From positions 34,596,001-34,660,000 of the forward strand of contig CM060732.1 of NCBI GenBank assembly GCA_030704615.1: 64,000 bases of DNA, given 5' to 3'. The position numbers were made by a program, and so were the translations under genes. The stretch's first letter is position 1. Each line of letters starts with the position of its first letter. This stretch comes from Takakia lepidozioides (lineage: Eukaryota > Plantae > Bryophyta). Below are positions 62,828 through 64,000 of this stretch, piece after piece. Under the pieces are notes generated by a model. The model searched no databases and had not been told where the DNA came from. It saw only the letters and a program-made list of their open reading frames with translations.

Positions 62828-64000
62828 CTAGCAGCTGCCATGGGTGAAAGGGCCGGGAGTTCCAGTCCATCCTTCAAGACACTTGAGGAGAGGAGCCACT
62901 ACTTTTCCCTCTGAGATGGCCTCATACACCTTCTCAATCTCTTGCCCCGGAGACACACTTCTCAACCCTGACAACAACTGCGTGCCCAACTCGCAGCGCA
63001 CAAACTTGTAGAGAGGGTACGTTCTGCACTCCTCAATCCGGTTCGGTACCGCGGAGTATCCCTTGTTATCGTAGGCCTCACGGACTAGCGGCACCTTAGC
63101 ATTCAGGCATGTCGTCAACTCCTCTTCGAAGGCAGAAATCCTGTGGAACACAGAGGTGGATTCCAATTTCTCGTTCTTGGGGTTTTGGAGAGCATGTTGC
63201 ACCAACACTTCCCTCAACTTTTGCATCAGAGGGTACGACAGACTTGTTGCATCGTCGATGTAGCTGAATACAGGTTGGCAGTTCACCACGCGTAACAGAT
63301 CTTTCTCGCAGAACCGTGCTGGCAAAAGCGCACCGTTACTGCCTGTGAAGAGCGTCTTCTTGGCAACCTGGGAAACAATTTGCTTGACTGCCGTCTGCAT
63401 TGTCTCCTCAATGTGACGAAGGTCGATGGCCTGGCACAGACCTACCAAGAATGTGGAGCTCATGAGCTTGAGAATCTCAATAGATTCCTCAGTTTTGCGG
63501 GCGGACACAAATCCCAGCGAGTTCACATCCTGGTTGTGCTGCTCCGCACTTTGTACGTGGGTGGTCACTGGGTTGGCCAAGTAGTTCAGTTCTGAGAGGT
63601 AGGAAGCCATGGCTATCTCCCCTCCCTTCATGCCATAGTCCAGGCTGGGGTTAGGTCCTCCACTCAGATTTGAGGGCAACCCGTTGTTGTAGTAGTCGTT
63701 GACCAGCTCTGAGAACTGTGCAAACATGAGCTTCCCAATCGCAGCGATGGCCAACCGCATGTTGTCCATGGAGACTCCAATGGGGGTGCCTTGGAAGTTT
63801 CCGCCATGAAGGGCTCTGTCCCCGGCGGCGTCGATGATTGGGTTATCGTTCACAGAGTTGATTTCTCTTTGAATGGCGTGTGTGGCATTGCGAATTACCT
63901 CCACCTGCGGGCCCAGCCATTGTGGGGAAGTACGCAGCGCATATCGATCCTGCTTGGGTTTCGTCAACGGGTCAGTCTCATGCAGCTGTGCAGCGGCCTT
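62828..64000 (-). CDS. PAL: Phenylalanine ammonia-lyase, C-terminal part (5' part outside the window)
   Basis: [64 protein letters not shown] and [16 protein letters not shown]. No intron in this part. Confidence 0.97.
   Translation of the reverse strand, partial: KAAAQLHETDPLTKPKQDRYALRTSPQWLGPQVEVIRNATHAIQREINSVNDNPIIDAAGDRALHGGNFQGTPIGVSMDNMRLAIAAIGKLMFAQFSELVNDYYNNGLPSNLSGGPNPSLDYGMKGGEIAMASYLSELNYLANPVTTHVQSAEQHNQDVNSLGFVSARKTEESIEILKLMSSTFLVGLCQAIDLRHIEETMQTAVKQIVSQVAKKTLFTGSNGALLPARFCEKDLLRVVNCQPVFSYIDDATSLSYPLMQKLREVLVQHALQNPKNEKLESTSVFHRISAFEEELTTCLNAKVPLVREAYDNKGYSAVPNRIEECRTYPLYKFVRCELGTQLLSGLRSVSPGQEIEKVYEAISEGKVVAPLLKCLEGWTGTPGPFTHGSC

Overview
Eukaryotic, intron-rich plant genomic DNA, probably from a non-seed land plant; the species cannot be identified from the sequence. 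Host genes: a DUF1350 gene (-) head-to-head with an AGD14/ZIGA4-like ArfGAP gene (+); a 16-exon acetyl-CoA synthetase (+) with both a PTS2-like and a PTS1 peroxisomal signal; and the 3' part of a phenylalanine ammonia-lyase (-). The rest is mostly mobile DNA: a pol-less LTR element with two unknown ORFs, a rearranged nest of three Ty3/gypsy elements (two with a tRNA-independent, self-complementary PBS), LINE 3' ends associated with (TC)n or (CATTT)n, SINEs, MITEs and a TTAA-flanked piggyBac-like element. The main discovery candidate is a decayed ~11.5 kb Mutator-like element (~34.5-46.0 kb). It has a GCM-like/DDE/SWIM transposase on one strand. On the other strand is a spliced gene with a ParB/Srx-like domain (DGNHR) and a beta-class DNA amino-methyltransferase-like domain. 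About 15 copies of a ~28-30 bp palindrome lie in its non-coding parts. A second copy of the transposase end sits at the window start. All translations and splice models were read by eye, so coordinates are approximate.
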